From: Bacteroidales bacterium
GTDB taxonomy: Bacteria; Bacteroidota; Bacteroidia; Bacteroidales; P3
DNA length: 64,000 nt
Direction: 5' to 3'
Assembly (NCBI GenBank): GCA_017480785.1
Contig: JAFURZ010000005.1
Location: forward strand, 16,259-80,258
The notes beneath the pieces are model-generated. The model did not search any database, was not told where the DNA came from, and was given only the letters and a program-made list of their open reading frames with translations. How positions within the stretch are numbered: position 1 is the stretch's first letter; each line of letters begins with the position of its first letter. The translations under genes were made by a program, and so were the position numbers. Below, piece after piece: positions 52,686 to 62,000 of this stretch.

Positions 52686-52729
52686 TGAAAAAGAAGCACT
52701 TCGGCTCGTCCGAAAACGGGCCGAAGTGC
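52686..52729 (-). terminator. Rho-independent-type terminator after cutC
   Basis: 10-bp stem GCACTTCGGC/GCCGAAGTGC (52696-52705 / 52720-52729) with a T-run on the minus strand. Confidence 0.65.
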
Positions 52730-52760
52730 CGAGTGGAGAGCTTTTCCGCCGCGCGCGGGG

Positions 52761-53465
52761 TCAGAGGGTGGCGGCGAGGGCCATGAGCTGGCGGACGGCG
52801 GCTTCGGAGGTCTGCACGGTGCCGTCGGCGAGGGTGGTCTTGCACGAGCCGTGCACCTCGGCCACGCCGGTGCGTTCCACCAGCTCCCTTGCGTTGGCGG
52901 GGGTCACGCCGCTGCCGGCCAGGATGCGGAAGCGGCCGGCGCCCGCCGTCAGGCGCTCGGCGTGCCGTACCAGCCGGCCTATGACGTCGGCCCCCGCGAG
53001 GGCCGTGGGGGCCTGTCCGCTGGTGAGCAGGCGGTGGCAGCCGCAGTCAATGATAGCCTCGAGGGCTTCGAGCGGGTCCTGGTGCGCCTCGTCGAAGGCG
53101 CGGTGAAAGGTCACCTCCATCCCGTCGGCCGCCTCGACGGCGCGGCGCGTGAGGGCGGTGTCGACCCGCCCCTCGTAGTCGAGGAAGCCCACCACCACGG
53201 CGGCGGCGCCCAGGCGGCGGCACTGCTCGATGGTGGCCAGCATCGCGTCCACCTCGTCGGCCGTGTAGTAGAAGTTGCCGGGCCGGGGACGCACCAGCAC
53301 ATGGGTGCGCAGACCCAGCGTATGGACACAGTACTCTATATCCTCATCTGTCGGCGTGAGGCCGCCGCACGCAAGGTCGCGGCACAGCTCGATGCGCTGT
53401 GCCCCGCCCCGCCGGGCCGCCTCGGCCGAGGTGCGCGAGGGGGTGCAGATTTCGACTTGTATCAC
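52761..53465 (-). CDS. cutC: Copper homeostasis protein CutC
   Basis: This is the 3' part of the 614-aa ORF 52761..54605. The CutC signature begins IQVEICT..AARRGGAQRIELC..GGLTPT. Start assigned to GTG 53465, overlapping the pepD stop as GTGA. Confidence 0.85.
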   Translation of the reverse strand: MIQVEICTPSRTSAEAARRGGAQRIELCRDLACGGLTPTDEDIEYCVHTLGLRTHVLVRPRPGNFYYTADEVDAMLATIEQCRRLGAAAVVVGFLDYEGRVDTALTRRAVEAADGMEVTFHRAFDEAHQDPLEALEAIIDCGCHRLLTSGQAPTALAGADVIGRLVRHAERLTAGAGRFRILAGSGVTPANARELVERTGVAEVHGSCKTTLADGTVQTSEAAVRQLMALAATL

Positions 53466-54952
53466 TTCAGGTGCTTCAGTATTTCGAGGGTCTGGTTCCA
53501 GAACATCTCGACGGTCTTGATTTCGATGCGCTCGTCGGGGCTGTGCACGCCACGGAGGGTGGGGCCGTAGGATATCATGTCCATCTTGGGGTACTTCTCC
53601 CCTATCAGGCCGCACTCGAGGCCGGCATGGATGGCGCGGACCACGGGCTCGCGGCCGTACATCTTCCGGTAGACGTCGACACCCACCTTGAGGACGCGGC
53701 TGTCGGGGTTGGGGGTCCAGCCTGGGTAGCCGTCGCTGTGCTTCACGCGGGCGCCGGCGAGGCGGAAGGTGCTCTCGATTTTGGCGGCGGCGGCCAGCTT
53801 GGCGCTCTCGACGGAGCTGCGCTGCGAGGTGGCGATATGGATGACGCCGTCGCTCATCTTGACACTGGCCAGGTTGGTGGAGGTCTCGACGAAGTTGTCT
53901 ATCTCGCGGCTCATGGCGAGGACGCCGTGGGCGCAGGCGTAGAGGGCGTCGACGAGGTGCTCCTGGGTGTCCTTGTCGATGATTTTCTTGGGCAGGTCGA
54001 CGCTGTTGAGGCTGAAGGTGAGGTCGGGCTCGGTGGAGCGGAACTCGAACTGCATGGCCTTGCCCATGCGGGTGACCATGGTCTTGAAGGAGCGCACCAC
54101 GTCCTCGGGGACGGTGACCACGGCCACGGCCTCGCGGGCGATGGCGTTGCGCAGGTTGCCGCCGTCGATGGAGGCCAGGCGCATGCCGTACTTGTAGGTG
54201 CCCTCCCAGAGGATGCGGTTGATGAGCTTGTTGGCGCAGCCGCGGCCGCGGTTGATGTCGTCGCCGCTGTGGCCCCCTTTGAGGCCGCTGACATGCAGGC
54301 GGAAGGCCTTGTGCCCCTTCATGGCGGGGACGGCCTTGAAGTCCATCTCGACCACCGTGTCGATGCCGCCGGCGCAGCCGATGCAGTACTCGCCCTCGTC
54401 TTCGTCGTCGAAGTTGAGGAGTATCTCGCTCTTGAGCCAGCTCTTGCCGAGGCCGCCGGCGCCGGTGAGGCCGGTCTCCTCGTCGACGGTGATGAGGGCT
54501 TCGAGGGCGGGGTGCTGTATCTTCTTGTCCTCGAGGATGGCGAGGATGGTGGCCACGCCGATGCCGTCGTCGGCGCCGAGGGTGGTGCCGTCGGCGGTGA
54601 GCCACTCACCGTCCAGCACAGGCTGGATGGGGTCTTTCATGAAGTCGAACTTCTTGTCCGAGTTCTTCTCGCAGACCATGTCCATGTGGGCCTGCAGGCA
54701 CACCATGGGGCTCTTCTCGTAGCCCTTGGTGGCGGGCTTGCGGATGAGGACGTTGCCGAGGCGGTCGCTCTTGGTCTCCAGACCGTGGTCTTTGCCCCAC
54801 TGCACGAGCCAGGCGCTGATGCGCTCCTCGTGCTTCGACGGACGCGGAATCTGCATTATCTCGCCGAACCAGTGCCACACGCGCGCCGGCTTCAACCCTT
54901 TGAGCACCGCTTGATTGCTCGATTGCTTGACTGCTTGAGTATTCTTTGCCAT
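53462..54952 (-). CDS. pepD: Aminoacyl-histidine dipeptidase (M20C, PepD)
   Basis: ORF 53462..55171 trimmed to ATG 54952 (MAKNTQAV), downstream of TAatTTTG (54982-54989, minus). Motifs IPRPSKHEERIS, CLQAHMDMVCEKN and GADDGIGVA. Confidence 0.9.
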   Translation of the reverse strand: MAKNTQAVKQSSNQAVLKGLKPARVWHWFGEIMQIPRPSKHEERISAWLVQWGKDHGLETKSDRLGNVLIRKPATKGYEKSPMVCLQAHMDMVCEKNSDKKFDFMKDPIQPVLDGEWLTADGTTLGADDGIGVATILAILEDKKIQHPALEALITVDEETGLTGAGGLGKSWLKSEILLNFDDEDEGEYCIGCAGGIDTVVEMDFKAVPAMKGHKAFRLHVSGLKGGHSGDDINRGRGCANKLINRILWEGTYKYGMRLASIDGGNLRNAIAREAVAVVTVPEDVVRSFKTMVTRMGKAMQFEFRSTEPDLTFSLNSVDLPKKIIDKDTQEHLVDALYACAHGVLAMSREIDNFVETSTNLASVKMSDGVIHIATSQRSSVESAKLAAAAKIESTFRLAGARVKHSDGYPGWTPNPDSRVLKVGVDVYRKMYGREPVVRAIHAGLECGLIGEKYPKMDMISYGPTLRGVHSPDERIEIKTVEMFWNQTLEILKHLK

Positions 54953-54981
54953 AGATATAATGTTTTTTTGATTTCCGACTG

Positions 54982-55049
54982 CAAAATTACACATTTTCGG
55001 GCAATTGGCAAAATATATTTTGCAGAATGGAATAAATGTAGTACTTTTG
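54982..55049. promoter_or_regulatory. Back-to-back promoters (pepD leftward, 55074 gene rightward)
   Basis: Leftward TAatTTTG is the complement of 54982-54989; rightward TActTTTG is at 55042-55049. Central CAAA-atatat-TTTG with 19-nt spacers. Confidence 0.65.
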
Positions 55050-55073
55050 CACACACTTTCAAACAATAAAACC

Positions 55074-55481
55074 ATGGACATTCCGCAAGGAAACACGAAA
55101 GAAGAGCTCAAGCAGCGCGAGGAGATAATCTCGCAGGTGTACCGCCGCTGGACGGAGGAAAACCCCGACAAGCGCGTCTACAACCGCTCGCTAAAGGACT
55201 ACATCAACATCCGCTACCTCTCTATCACCGAGACGATGCGTCACGCCGCCAAAACCTACGCATCCACGCTGGCGATGCTGCAACTGGACACCATTTTGCG
55301 CTACTCCGTCAAATTCGGTAAGCCTAAACCGCCCAAGAAAGGGGTGAAAAACCAGGAAATCTTCACATTGATGCAGGAGATGCATTGCGAGCTGGTAGGC
55401 ATCGGGACCGTGAAGATGATGGTCGGGATCAAACGCTCGGGAGAGAAGATACAGTATTGTATCACAGCCATTACGGCATAA
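55074..55481 (+). CDS. Hypothetical protein
   Basis: ORF 55005..55481 trimmed to ATG 55074, after TActTTTG at 55042-55049. 135 aa with no domain recognised. Confidence 0.5.
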   Translation: MDIPQGNTKEELKQREEIISQVYRRWTEENPDKRVYNRSLKDYINIRYLSITETMRHAAKTYASTLAMLQLDTILRYSVKFGKPKPPKKGVKNQEIFTLMQEMHCELVGIGTVKMMVGIKRSGEKIQYCITAITA

Positions 55482-55572
55482 AAAAAAGAAATCGACAGGC
55501 TGGCTCGCTCGGAAGGTCATCGCCAAATTGTGGACGTCTGAACTGGACTGTTCCCCTATTGATTTCCGACTG

Positions 55573-55641
55573 CAAAAGTACAACTTTTTTTCGGACTGAC
55601 AAAATTTATTTTTGCCAGTCCGATTTATTTATGTATTTTTG
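55573..55641. promoter_or_regulatory. Promoter module upstream of the small OMP gene; its leftward half has no target gene
   Basis: Leftward TActTTTG is the complement of 55573-55580; rightward TAttTTTG is at 55634-55641 with TTTG at 55611-55614 (19-nt spacer). Confidence 0.6.
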
Positions 55642-55646
55642 CAGCC

Positions 55647-55880
55647 GATTTCGGAAGGAAATCTTCGAAGCGTTATATCTTCGTCTTGCGATTGGGAATG
55701 TGAGAAGTTCATCGATAAGCGAGATAGGTATGATGGTTCGCGTGTATAGCGTGGACTTTATATCACATCTGCTTATCAAGGTATTCTCACAACCTCCAAT
55801 CGAAGAAGTGGTGTACGGTACCACGCTTCTGTTTTAACCGCTCAACGGGGTACGGGAGAGCACGAAAAAAACTAATAATA
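55647..55880 (+). promoter_or_regulatory. Conserved long 5' leader (copy 2) upstream of the small OMP gene
   Basis: Same blocks in the same order as 42309-42560 (minus). 5'-terminal hairpin GATTTC(55647-52)/GAAATC(55658-63). Confidence 0.55.
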
Positions 55881-56351
55881 ATGAAAAGATTAACGGTAAT
55901 TGCAGTGCTCATTCTTTTTTTAGCTTCAATGCAAGCAAACGCACAAACCACAGATGACCAACAAAAGATGGATTACACGAGAGGTAGTGGCTTTGTAATT
56001 CGTCCTGAATTAAACAATGGTCTACTTGCTACATTAGGTTACCAAATTAACCCTTATGTAATGTTAGAAGGGAGCCTTGGTTTTGATTTGTCGGGCTCTG
56101 CAGCCATGACTACGGTTATCGGTGTCAGGGCATACACTTCTAGCAAGCCTTGGGCCGCTTTTTTTGATTATCGTGTTGGCGCAGAAAGCGTCTCGGGATA
56201 TAGCATAACTAGACATACGATTGTTGCAGGTGCAGCATATAAAGACTTTGATTTTGGAGCCGGTGTAATATTCGGCACTGATGGGACGACAAGTGTCACA
56301 GGTCTATCCATCTCAATTGGATATAATATTCGCTGCTACAAGCACCGATAA
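55881..56351 (+). CDS. Small exported beta-barrel-like protein (AT-rich islet)
   Basis: 156-aa ORF with signal peptide MKRLTVIAVLILFLASMQANAQ and a short barrel-like pattern ending GLSISIGYNIRCYKHR. Markedly AT-richer than its flanks. Confidence 0.6.
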   Translation: MKRLTVIAVLILFLASMQANAQTTDDQQKMDYTRGSGFVIRPELNNGLLATLGYQINPYVMLEGSLGFDLSGSAAMTTVIGVRAYTSSKPWAAFFDYRVGAESVSGYSITRHTIVAGAAYKDFDFGAGVIFGTDGTTSVTGLSISIGYNIRCYKHR

Positions 56352-56380
56352 CAGTCCGTTTAACGCCATCTGTAAATGTG

Positions 56381-56426
56381 CGGGAAGCATTGCAAGTGCT
56401 GCGAAACAGTCGCGCATTGATGCGCT
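56381..56426 (+). repeat. 46-nt 3' element, copy downstream of the small OMP gene
   Basis: cgggaagcattgcaagtgctgcgaaacagtcgcgcattgatgcgct. Contains the near-palindrome agcattgcaagtgct and the palindrome gcgcattgatgcgc. Confidence 0.8.
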
Positions 56427-56481
56427 GCGATTTTTCGCGGTTGCTCGAAAGGGTGCTGATGTTGTCGAGAGGACGGGGGCT

Positions 56482-56724
56482 TCAGGGGACGGGGTCGTAG
56501 CCGGAGCCGCCCCAGGGATGGCATCGGAGGATGCGCTTCAGGGCCAGCCAGCCGCCGCGGAAGGGGCCGTATTTGCGGATGGCCTCCTGGGCATACTGCG
56601 AGCAGGTGGGCGTGTAGCGGCAGGCCGGGGGCGTGAGGGGGGAGATGCAGGTGCGGTAGAAGGCGATGAGTGCCAGCATCACCTTACTGAGCAGCCACGT
56701 CAGTGCTTTGTAGAGGCTTTTCAT
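56482..56724 (-). CDS. yidD: Membrane protein insertion efficiency factor YidD
   Basis: 80-aa ORF with [19 protein letters not shown] and [17 protein letters not shown]. Confidence 0.9.
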   Translation of the reverse strand: MKSLYKALTWLLSKVMLALIAFYRTCISPLTPPACRYTPTCSQYAQEAIRKYGPFRGGWLALKRILRCHPWGGSGYDPVP

Positions 56725-57100
56725 GGCTCAGGTCATTCATCAGCGCCGCCATCAGTTTGTCGAACCGGGGGCAGAGCTGGTCGTAGGTCATCAGGTTGTC
56801 GTGGATATAGACCAGGGAGAGGGTGATGCGCCGCCCCTGCTCCTGCAGGAGATGGAAGAGGGGCTCTTTGCGCAGACGGTAGCATTCGCGGGTGAGACGC
56901 TTGGTACGGTTGCGGTCGACGGCATGGTGCAGCCGGCGTTTGGGGGCCACTATCAGCACCTGGCAGGGAACCTCGAGCGACGGCTCCTCGACCCACTGCA
57001 CGCTGTAGGGGAATACCCTCAGACGATGCCCCTCGGCATGGAGACGCTCCATCAGCCTGCGGCTGCATAGGTGTTCCGCTTTGGGGAAACGGCAGTTCAC
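56684..57100 (-). CDS. rnpA: Ribonuclease P protein component
   Basis: GTG 57100 start overlaps the upstream stop as GTGA. Motif [16 protein letters not shown]. Overlaps the yidD start by 41 nt. Confidence 0.85.
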   Translation of the reverse strand: MNCRFPKAEHLCSRRLMERLHAEGHRLRVFPYSVQWVEEPSLEVPCQVLIVAPKRRLHHAVDRNRTKRLTRECYRLRKEPLFHLLQEQGRRITLSLVYIHDNLMTYDQLCPRFDKLMAALMNDLSHEKPLQSTDVAAQ

Positions 57101-58170
57101 TTGGAGGTCTTGGTTTGGGTTGCCTTGACGGCGGTGGTTTTCTTGGCGGCCACCTTCTTGGCCGGGGCCTTCTTGGCGGGCTCGGCCTTGGGGGCGGTTT
57201 CCTTCTTGGTCGTCTTGGGGGCGCTCTTCTTGACGGCTTCGGCCTCCTGTTTGGCGCGCTCGGCGGCGCGGGCGGCGCGACGGGCGGCCGCCTGGGCCTT
57301 CTTCTCCTCCATGCGTTTCTTGTAGACTTCCTTGTTGGCAATCACCGGCTTGGAGTGCTTGGAGCCTCCCGCCATATTCATGCTCTTGGAGCGCTTCGAC
57401 TCGCCCTTGAGCGAGATGACGCTGCCCTGCTGGCGGCCAAGGATGTGGTTCTCGAGCGCCATGGCCATCGAGGGGGCCACCTGGGTGGGGGCGGCGATGG
57501 TGAGCTTGATGCCGTTCTCCTTGAGGGCGGCATGGGTCGAGGTGCCGAAGGCTGCAATGACGATGTTGCGGTCCTTGATGTCGGGGAAGTTCTTCACCAG
57601 ACTGCGCACCCCGATGGGCGAGAAGAGGCAGATGGCGTCGTAGTCGTCGAGGTTGAAGCGCGAAAGGTCGCGTGGCACCGAGGTGTACATGGGGGCCTTG
57701 GTGTATTTTATCTTGGCCTTGTCAAGGGCTTTGGTGTACTCGGTCTGCTTCTCGTCGGAGCAGGGGAAGAGGTACTTCTCGTCGCGGTGTTTGCCGATGA
57801 TTTCCACCAGGTCGGAGAAATACTGGGCGCCGAAGAAGACCTTGCGCTTGCGGTATTGGATGTAGTTCTGCAGATAGAGCGCTATCGACTCGGTGGCACA
57901 GAAGTACTTCATCTCTTCGCCCACAGTCTCGCGCAGGTCCTTGAGCATCCGGAAGAAATGGTCGATGGACTGCTTGCTGTTGAAGATGATGGCGGAGTAT
58001 TCGCTGATATGGATACGCGTCTTGCGGAAGTCACTGGCCGTGATGCCTACCACCTCGAAGAACTTATAGAAAGTGATGTCGATTCCGTACTTTTGAATTA
58101 AATTGCGGTAGGGCGACTTCTCCAAATCAGCCGGCTCGGGCTGGGAAACAAGGATTTTTTTGATTTTCAT
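57097..58170 (-). CDS. Uroporphyrinogen-III synthase (HemD)-like protein with Lys/Ala-rich tail
   Basis: 357-aa ORF with HemD-like segments (KILVSQPEP, AIIFNSKQSIDHFF, ICLFSPIGVRSL). Lies in the conserved DUF4271/hemD-like/rnpA/yidD neighbourhood. The last ~100 aa are K/A-rich. Confidence 0.8.
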   Translation of the reverse strand: MKIKKILVSQPEPADLEKSPYRNLIQKYGIDITFYKFFEVVGITASDFRKTRIHISEYSAIIFNSKQSIDHFFRMLKDLRETVGEEMKYFCATESIALYLQNYIQYRKRKVFFGAQYFSDLVEIIGKHRDEKYLFPCSDEKQTEYTKALDKAKIKYTKAPMYTSVPRDLSRFNLDDYDAICLFSPIGVRSLVKNFPDIKDRNIVIAAFGTSTHAALKENGIKLTIAAPTQVAPSMAMALENHILGRQQGSVISLKGESKRSKSMNMAGGSKHSKPVIANKEVYKKRMEEKKAQAAARRAARAAERAKQEAEAVKKSAPKTTKKETAPKAEPAKKAPAKKVAAKKTTAVKATQTKTSK

Positions 58171-58203
58171 TCTCTATCTGTTATTTTCGCAACTAACTGA
58201 TTG

Positions 58204-59055
58204 CTACTCTATAATCCACTTTATTAAGACCAAAAAAGGTGCCAATTCGACGATGCAAAGATAGTAAAAAAGATAGACATACGGCCCCGAAGATTGTGTT
58301 AAAAAAAGTTTCATTCCTCTAAACAAGCGCATTATCATTTCCAGCACGACCACCCCTTCCAGCACCGTGAGCACCACCGGCTGGCCGGCGGGCAGATAGG
58401 CCAGCAGGAACAGCAGCGGCAACGCCAGGCTGGCAAGGGTCAGATGGTAGAGGTAATTGCTGGTGATATATGTGTCGACGGCCGTCCGGTTGTCGAAGAT
58501 GAGGGCCAGCAGCCTCAGCAACCCGTTGCGGAGCAGGTAGAGGCCCGACACAGCGGCCACCAGCAGCAGGTAGCAGCCGAAGCCGGTCTTGGCAAGGGCT
58601 GTCTGGTGCACCGCCAGCATGAGGCATGACAGCATCAGCAAGCCCATCGGGACGAAGCGGATGCGGCTGTTGAGGTTGTTGTTGCGCAGCGTGCGGTCCA
58701 TGGCACGGCTGTCGAAAAGCAATGGCAGCAGGGTCCTGAAGCGGAGCTTGCAGGTTCTGTAGTAGAGCGTCATCAGCGCCAACAGGGCCACCAGCACCCC
58801 GAAGACCCACACCGGAGCCGCCACGTCGGCACGTGGCTGCAGCTCCTCGTGGCGGATGTCGAGGGAGTGCTCACGGAAGAGCGACGGCCTGACGACGGGC
58901 TCGGCCGCCATCGTGCTGTCGGGCAGGAAGTACAGGCTGAAGGTGTCGGCCACCGCCATGCCGGCATCAGGGGCGGGGGTCGCCATGACGTAGGGGACGG
59001 TGTCCCACTGGTAGAACGGTTGAGTACTGATTGCTATGGTGTCGGTTGCAGGCAT
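58204..59055 (-). CDS. Polytopic membrane protein (DUF4271-like by position)
   Basis: 283-aa ORF with about six hydrophobic helices. Lies directly upstream of the hemD-like gene, as in other Bacteroidota. Confidence 0.7.
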   Translation of the reverse strand: MPATDTIAISTQPFYQWDTVPYVMATPAPDAGMAVADTFSLYFLPDSTMAAEPVVRPSLFREHSLDIRHEELQPRADVAAPVWVFGVLVALLALMTLYYRTCKLRFRTLLPLLFDSRAMDRTLRNNNLNSRIRFVPMGLLMLSCLMLAVHQTALAKTGFGCYLLLVAAVSGLYLLRNGLLRLLALIFDNRTAVDTYITSNYLYHLTLASLALPLLFLLAYLPAGQPVVLTVLEGVVVLEMIMRLFRGMKLFLTQSSGPYVYLFYYLCIVELAPFLVLIKWIIE

Positions 59056-59057
59056 GG

Positions 59058-62000
59058 CTAATGGTGGATTACGAGTGTTTGATGGGCACGTCCGGTGGCT
59101 GTCACGAGCCGTAGCAGGTAGACACCGTCGGGGAGGGACGGGAAGCGGTAGGTGGCGGGGGCTACATGGCGCGTCGAGAAACAGAGGCGGCCGTAGAGGT
59201 CGAGCACCTGCAGTTCACCCTGCCCGCCGCCGTCCACCGTCACCGTGCCGTTGCACGGGTTGGGGAAGACATGCAGCGACGGCAGGCCGGGCTGCACTAT
59301 GCCGAGCCGGGTGCTGTCGCCAAACCAGCCATAGGCCGAATCCCACAGCGCCAGCGGAAGCCTCACGTCGTCAATCCACGCACAGTCGCTGCCGGCCGAG
59401 CCGCTCTCGTCCTTCACATAGCGCCACCGCAGCGTGTGGCGGCCGGCGTCGAGCACCGTCGTGTAGCATTTCCATCCGGCTTCGCCCCACCGTTCGTTGC
59501 CGCGCCGCACGCCGTCGACCGAGAAGAGCAGCTTGTCATACTGCGCCTCGCTCGACACCCGCGACCAGTAGCTGAGCGTGTCGCGTTGGGGGAGCAGCAC
59601 CTCGAGGACGAGGTCCGAGGTCTGGCGGTAGTCGATGGCACCGCTGCGCACGCTGAAGCGGCCGCTGTGACTCACCGTGCTATCCACCACCCACGGCTGC
59701 GTGCCGCCCTGTTGCCACGGATAGCTGGCGAAGCCCTCCTCGAAGCTGTCGGCCCGTTGGCCGCCGACCATGTACCAGTCGTAGTCCCTGCGGTGGTTGC
59801 CCAGCGCGACGGAGGCCTGCAGGTGCAGGTGGGTCAGGGTGTCGTCGGGGGTGGAGAATGGAGAGTGGAGAGTGGGGAGTGGAGAGCGGAAAGTGGAAAG
59901 CGTATCGCCCGAAGGGAGTGCGGTGAGGCCGAGGCTCACGCTGTCGCACGACCCCTCGACGGTGGTCTGAAGCAAGTATGTGTGCATCGGCAGCAAGCGG
60001 TTTGTCTCGCTGCTGTCGGCCTCCAGCAGGCGGACCGAGAGTTCGGGATAGCGAGGTTCCAGCCGCCCTTGCAGCCTGATGCAGCACAGCATCCCCTCGA
60101 TGCTGTCCCAGGCGAAGAGGTACGCCTGCCAGCCCGGCTGCTGTCCCACGGCAACCAGCTGCAACGGCACCGCCACCCGACGACTCTGGTGCGGCAGCAG
60201 GGTGTCGACCACCGTCTGTTGCTCTGCGACCAAGGCGTCGGCAGCACTGTCGGCATCAATCTGCGACAGCACCACCCGCAGGCCGTAGAGCGGCACCGCG
60301 CCCACGTTCTCCACGCGGCACTCCACCACGCTGTCGCCGACCGTCACTTCACGCAGCGCCACCCCAGTGCCTTCGGCAGCCGCCACAGTCAGCGTGTCAA
60401 TCCGCGGCCGGTGGTGACGGGCTGTGGCCGTGAGGACGAGCAGCGAGGTGTCGACCGACTGACCGAGCTGCAACGCCAGCAGTCCGTCGGGACCCATCAC
60501 GCCCATGCCCAGCACCGTGTCGTGCTGCATGGCCGTGACCGTACAGCCCGGCGTGCCGCCCAGATGCAGCGTGCCCGCGCCGTCAGTCGGCTGCCCGTTG
60601 GTCAGGTGCAGCTCGAGGGGCTGCGGAACACCCACCCAAGGCTCGAGCGACGGGTCTCCCAGCAGGCAGTAGGTCTCCCAGTAGAACTTGTCGTAGGGCG
60701 ACCCCACCGCCGTGACCGCCAGGTTGCCGGCCGTCAGCAGCTCGCCTTGGCTGTGCACCCCACCCGTGCGGCCCAGCCACCGGTCGAACGGACCGGGGCG
60801 CAGGCTGTCGTACTGCGGCGTGAGGCTCAGCGGGAGCTTCGGCCCCACGGCCCAGTAGTAGTCCTCGTCCCAGAGGGTGGAGTTGGTGGCGCCGATGACG
60901 CCGATGGCGCCGCCGTCGGCCTTGCGCAGCAGCTGCTCGCCGAAGCAGGTGCCGTCGAAGGCGTTGCTCAGGCAGCAGTTGTTCACGTAGAGGAGCGGCT
61001 GCGGGTTGTCGAGGGTGTCGATGCTGGTGAAGGTCACCGACGGACTGGTCCAGCCGGCGGAGGTGCAATGGGCCGTATAGTTGAGCAAGGCCACGCCGCG
61101 GCGCAGGTCGCCGAGGATGGCCGGCCGTTGGTCGGCCGAGGCGGGGTTGTGGTAACACAGGGTGTCGAGGAAGGGATGCGCCAGACGTGCCTCACGCGCC
61201 ACATAGTCCACCTGCCCGTTGGTGGTCACCGGTGCCGGCGCGCGGTCTTCGCTTCCGGCCACCAGCAGCAGGCGCTTCAGGCGTGCAGTGTCGATGTCGG
61301 CGCCCTGCTCGTAGCGGATGCACTTACGCACCACGGCGCCCAGCTCGGCGGTGTCGTTCACCGGCCAGCGGCCCAGCAACGCGTCGGGCAGGTAGTCGCC
61401 CGTGAACTCGGCATAGTAGAGGTCGGTGACGTGGTTGCCGAGGCCGGTGGGATGTGTGGTGCCCGGGAAAGCCTGCAGCAGCGCCACATCGCCCACCAGC
61501 AGCACGTGGCGCGGTCCACGGCTGCCGTCGGCGCTCCAGAGGGGGCGCATCAGGGCCTTCACGCTGTCGCGCAGGTGGGTGTCGACATAGAGCTCCATCA
61601 CCTCGAAGCCCTGCTGCCGTTTCCAGCGTACAAAAGGCTGCAATCCTTCGCGGAACAGCGGCCGCGACACAACCAGATAGCCATGGGTGCCAAGCGACGG
61701 GGAGGCGGCCTTGCCGACATGCAGCAGCGCGTCGACCGAGGTATCGCACTCCAGAAGGCCGTCCACGGGCCGGTAGCCCACGGGGCGCACCGTCACCCGG
61801 AACAGCTGCTCTGCTCCCATCACGCCGAGGAGCTCCACCTCCACCCGCCCGCCGCCGCGGTAAAGGTCGCCGGAGCCATACACCTTCGCGTCGGGACAGT
61901 AGTCGGGCGGCAGCCCGTCCTTGACCCATCCCTCCGTCACCGGTGCCAGGGGGCGGCCCTGCGGCACGACATCCATCGACACGGTGCCGGTCGACCGCAC

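Noticed and set aside
52761-54605. 614-aa ORF spanning the cutC and pepD regions as one gene.
   Set aside because: Only the last ~234 codons show CutC motifs. The upstream part is an Arg/Pro/His-rich out-of-frame overlap of pepD. It was split into cutC (GTG 53465) and pepD.
55641-55880. Assignment of the conserved leader to a known riboswitch class (TPP, SAM, cobalamin, fluoride, c-di-GMP, glycine).
   Set aside because: I could not find any of the signature sequence motifs of these classes by eye. It is left as an unclassified candidate.
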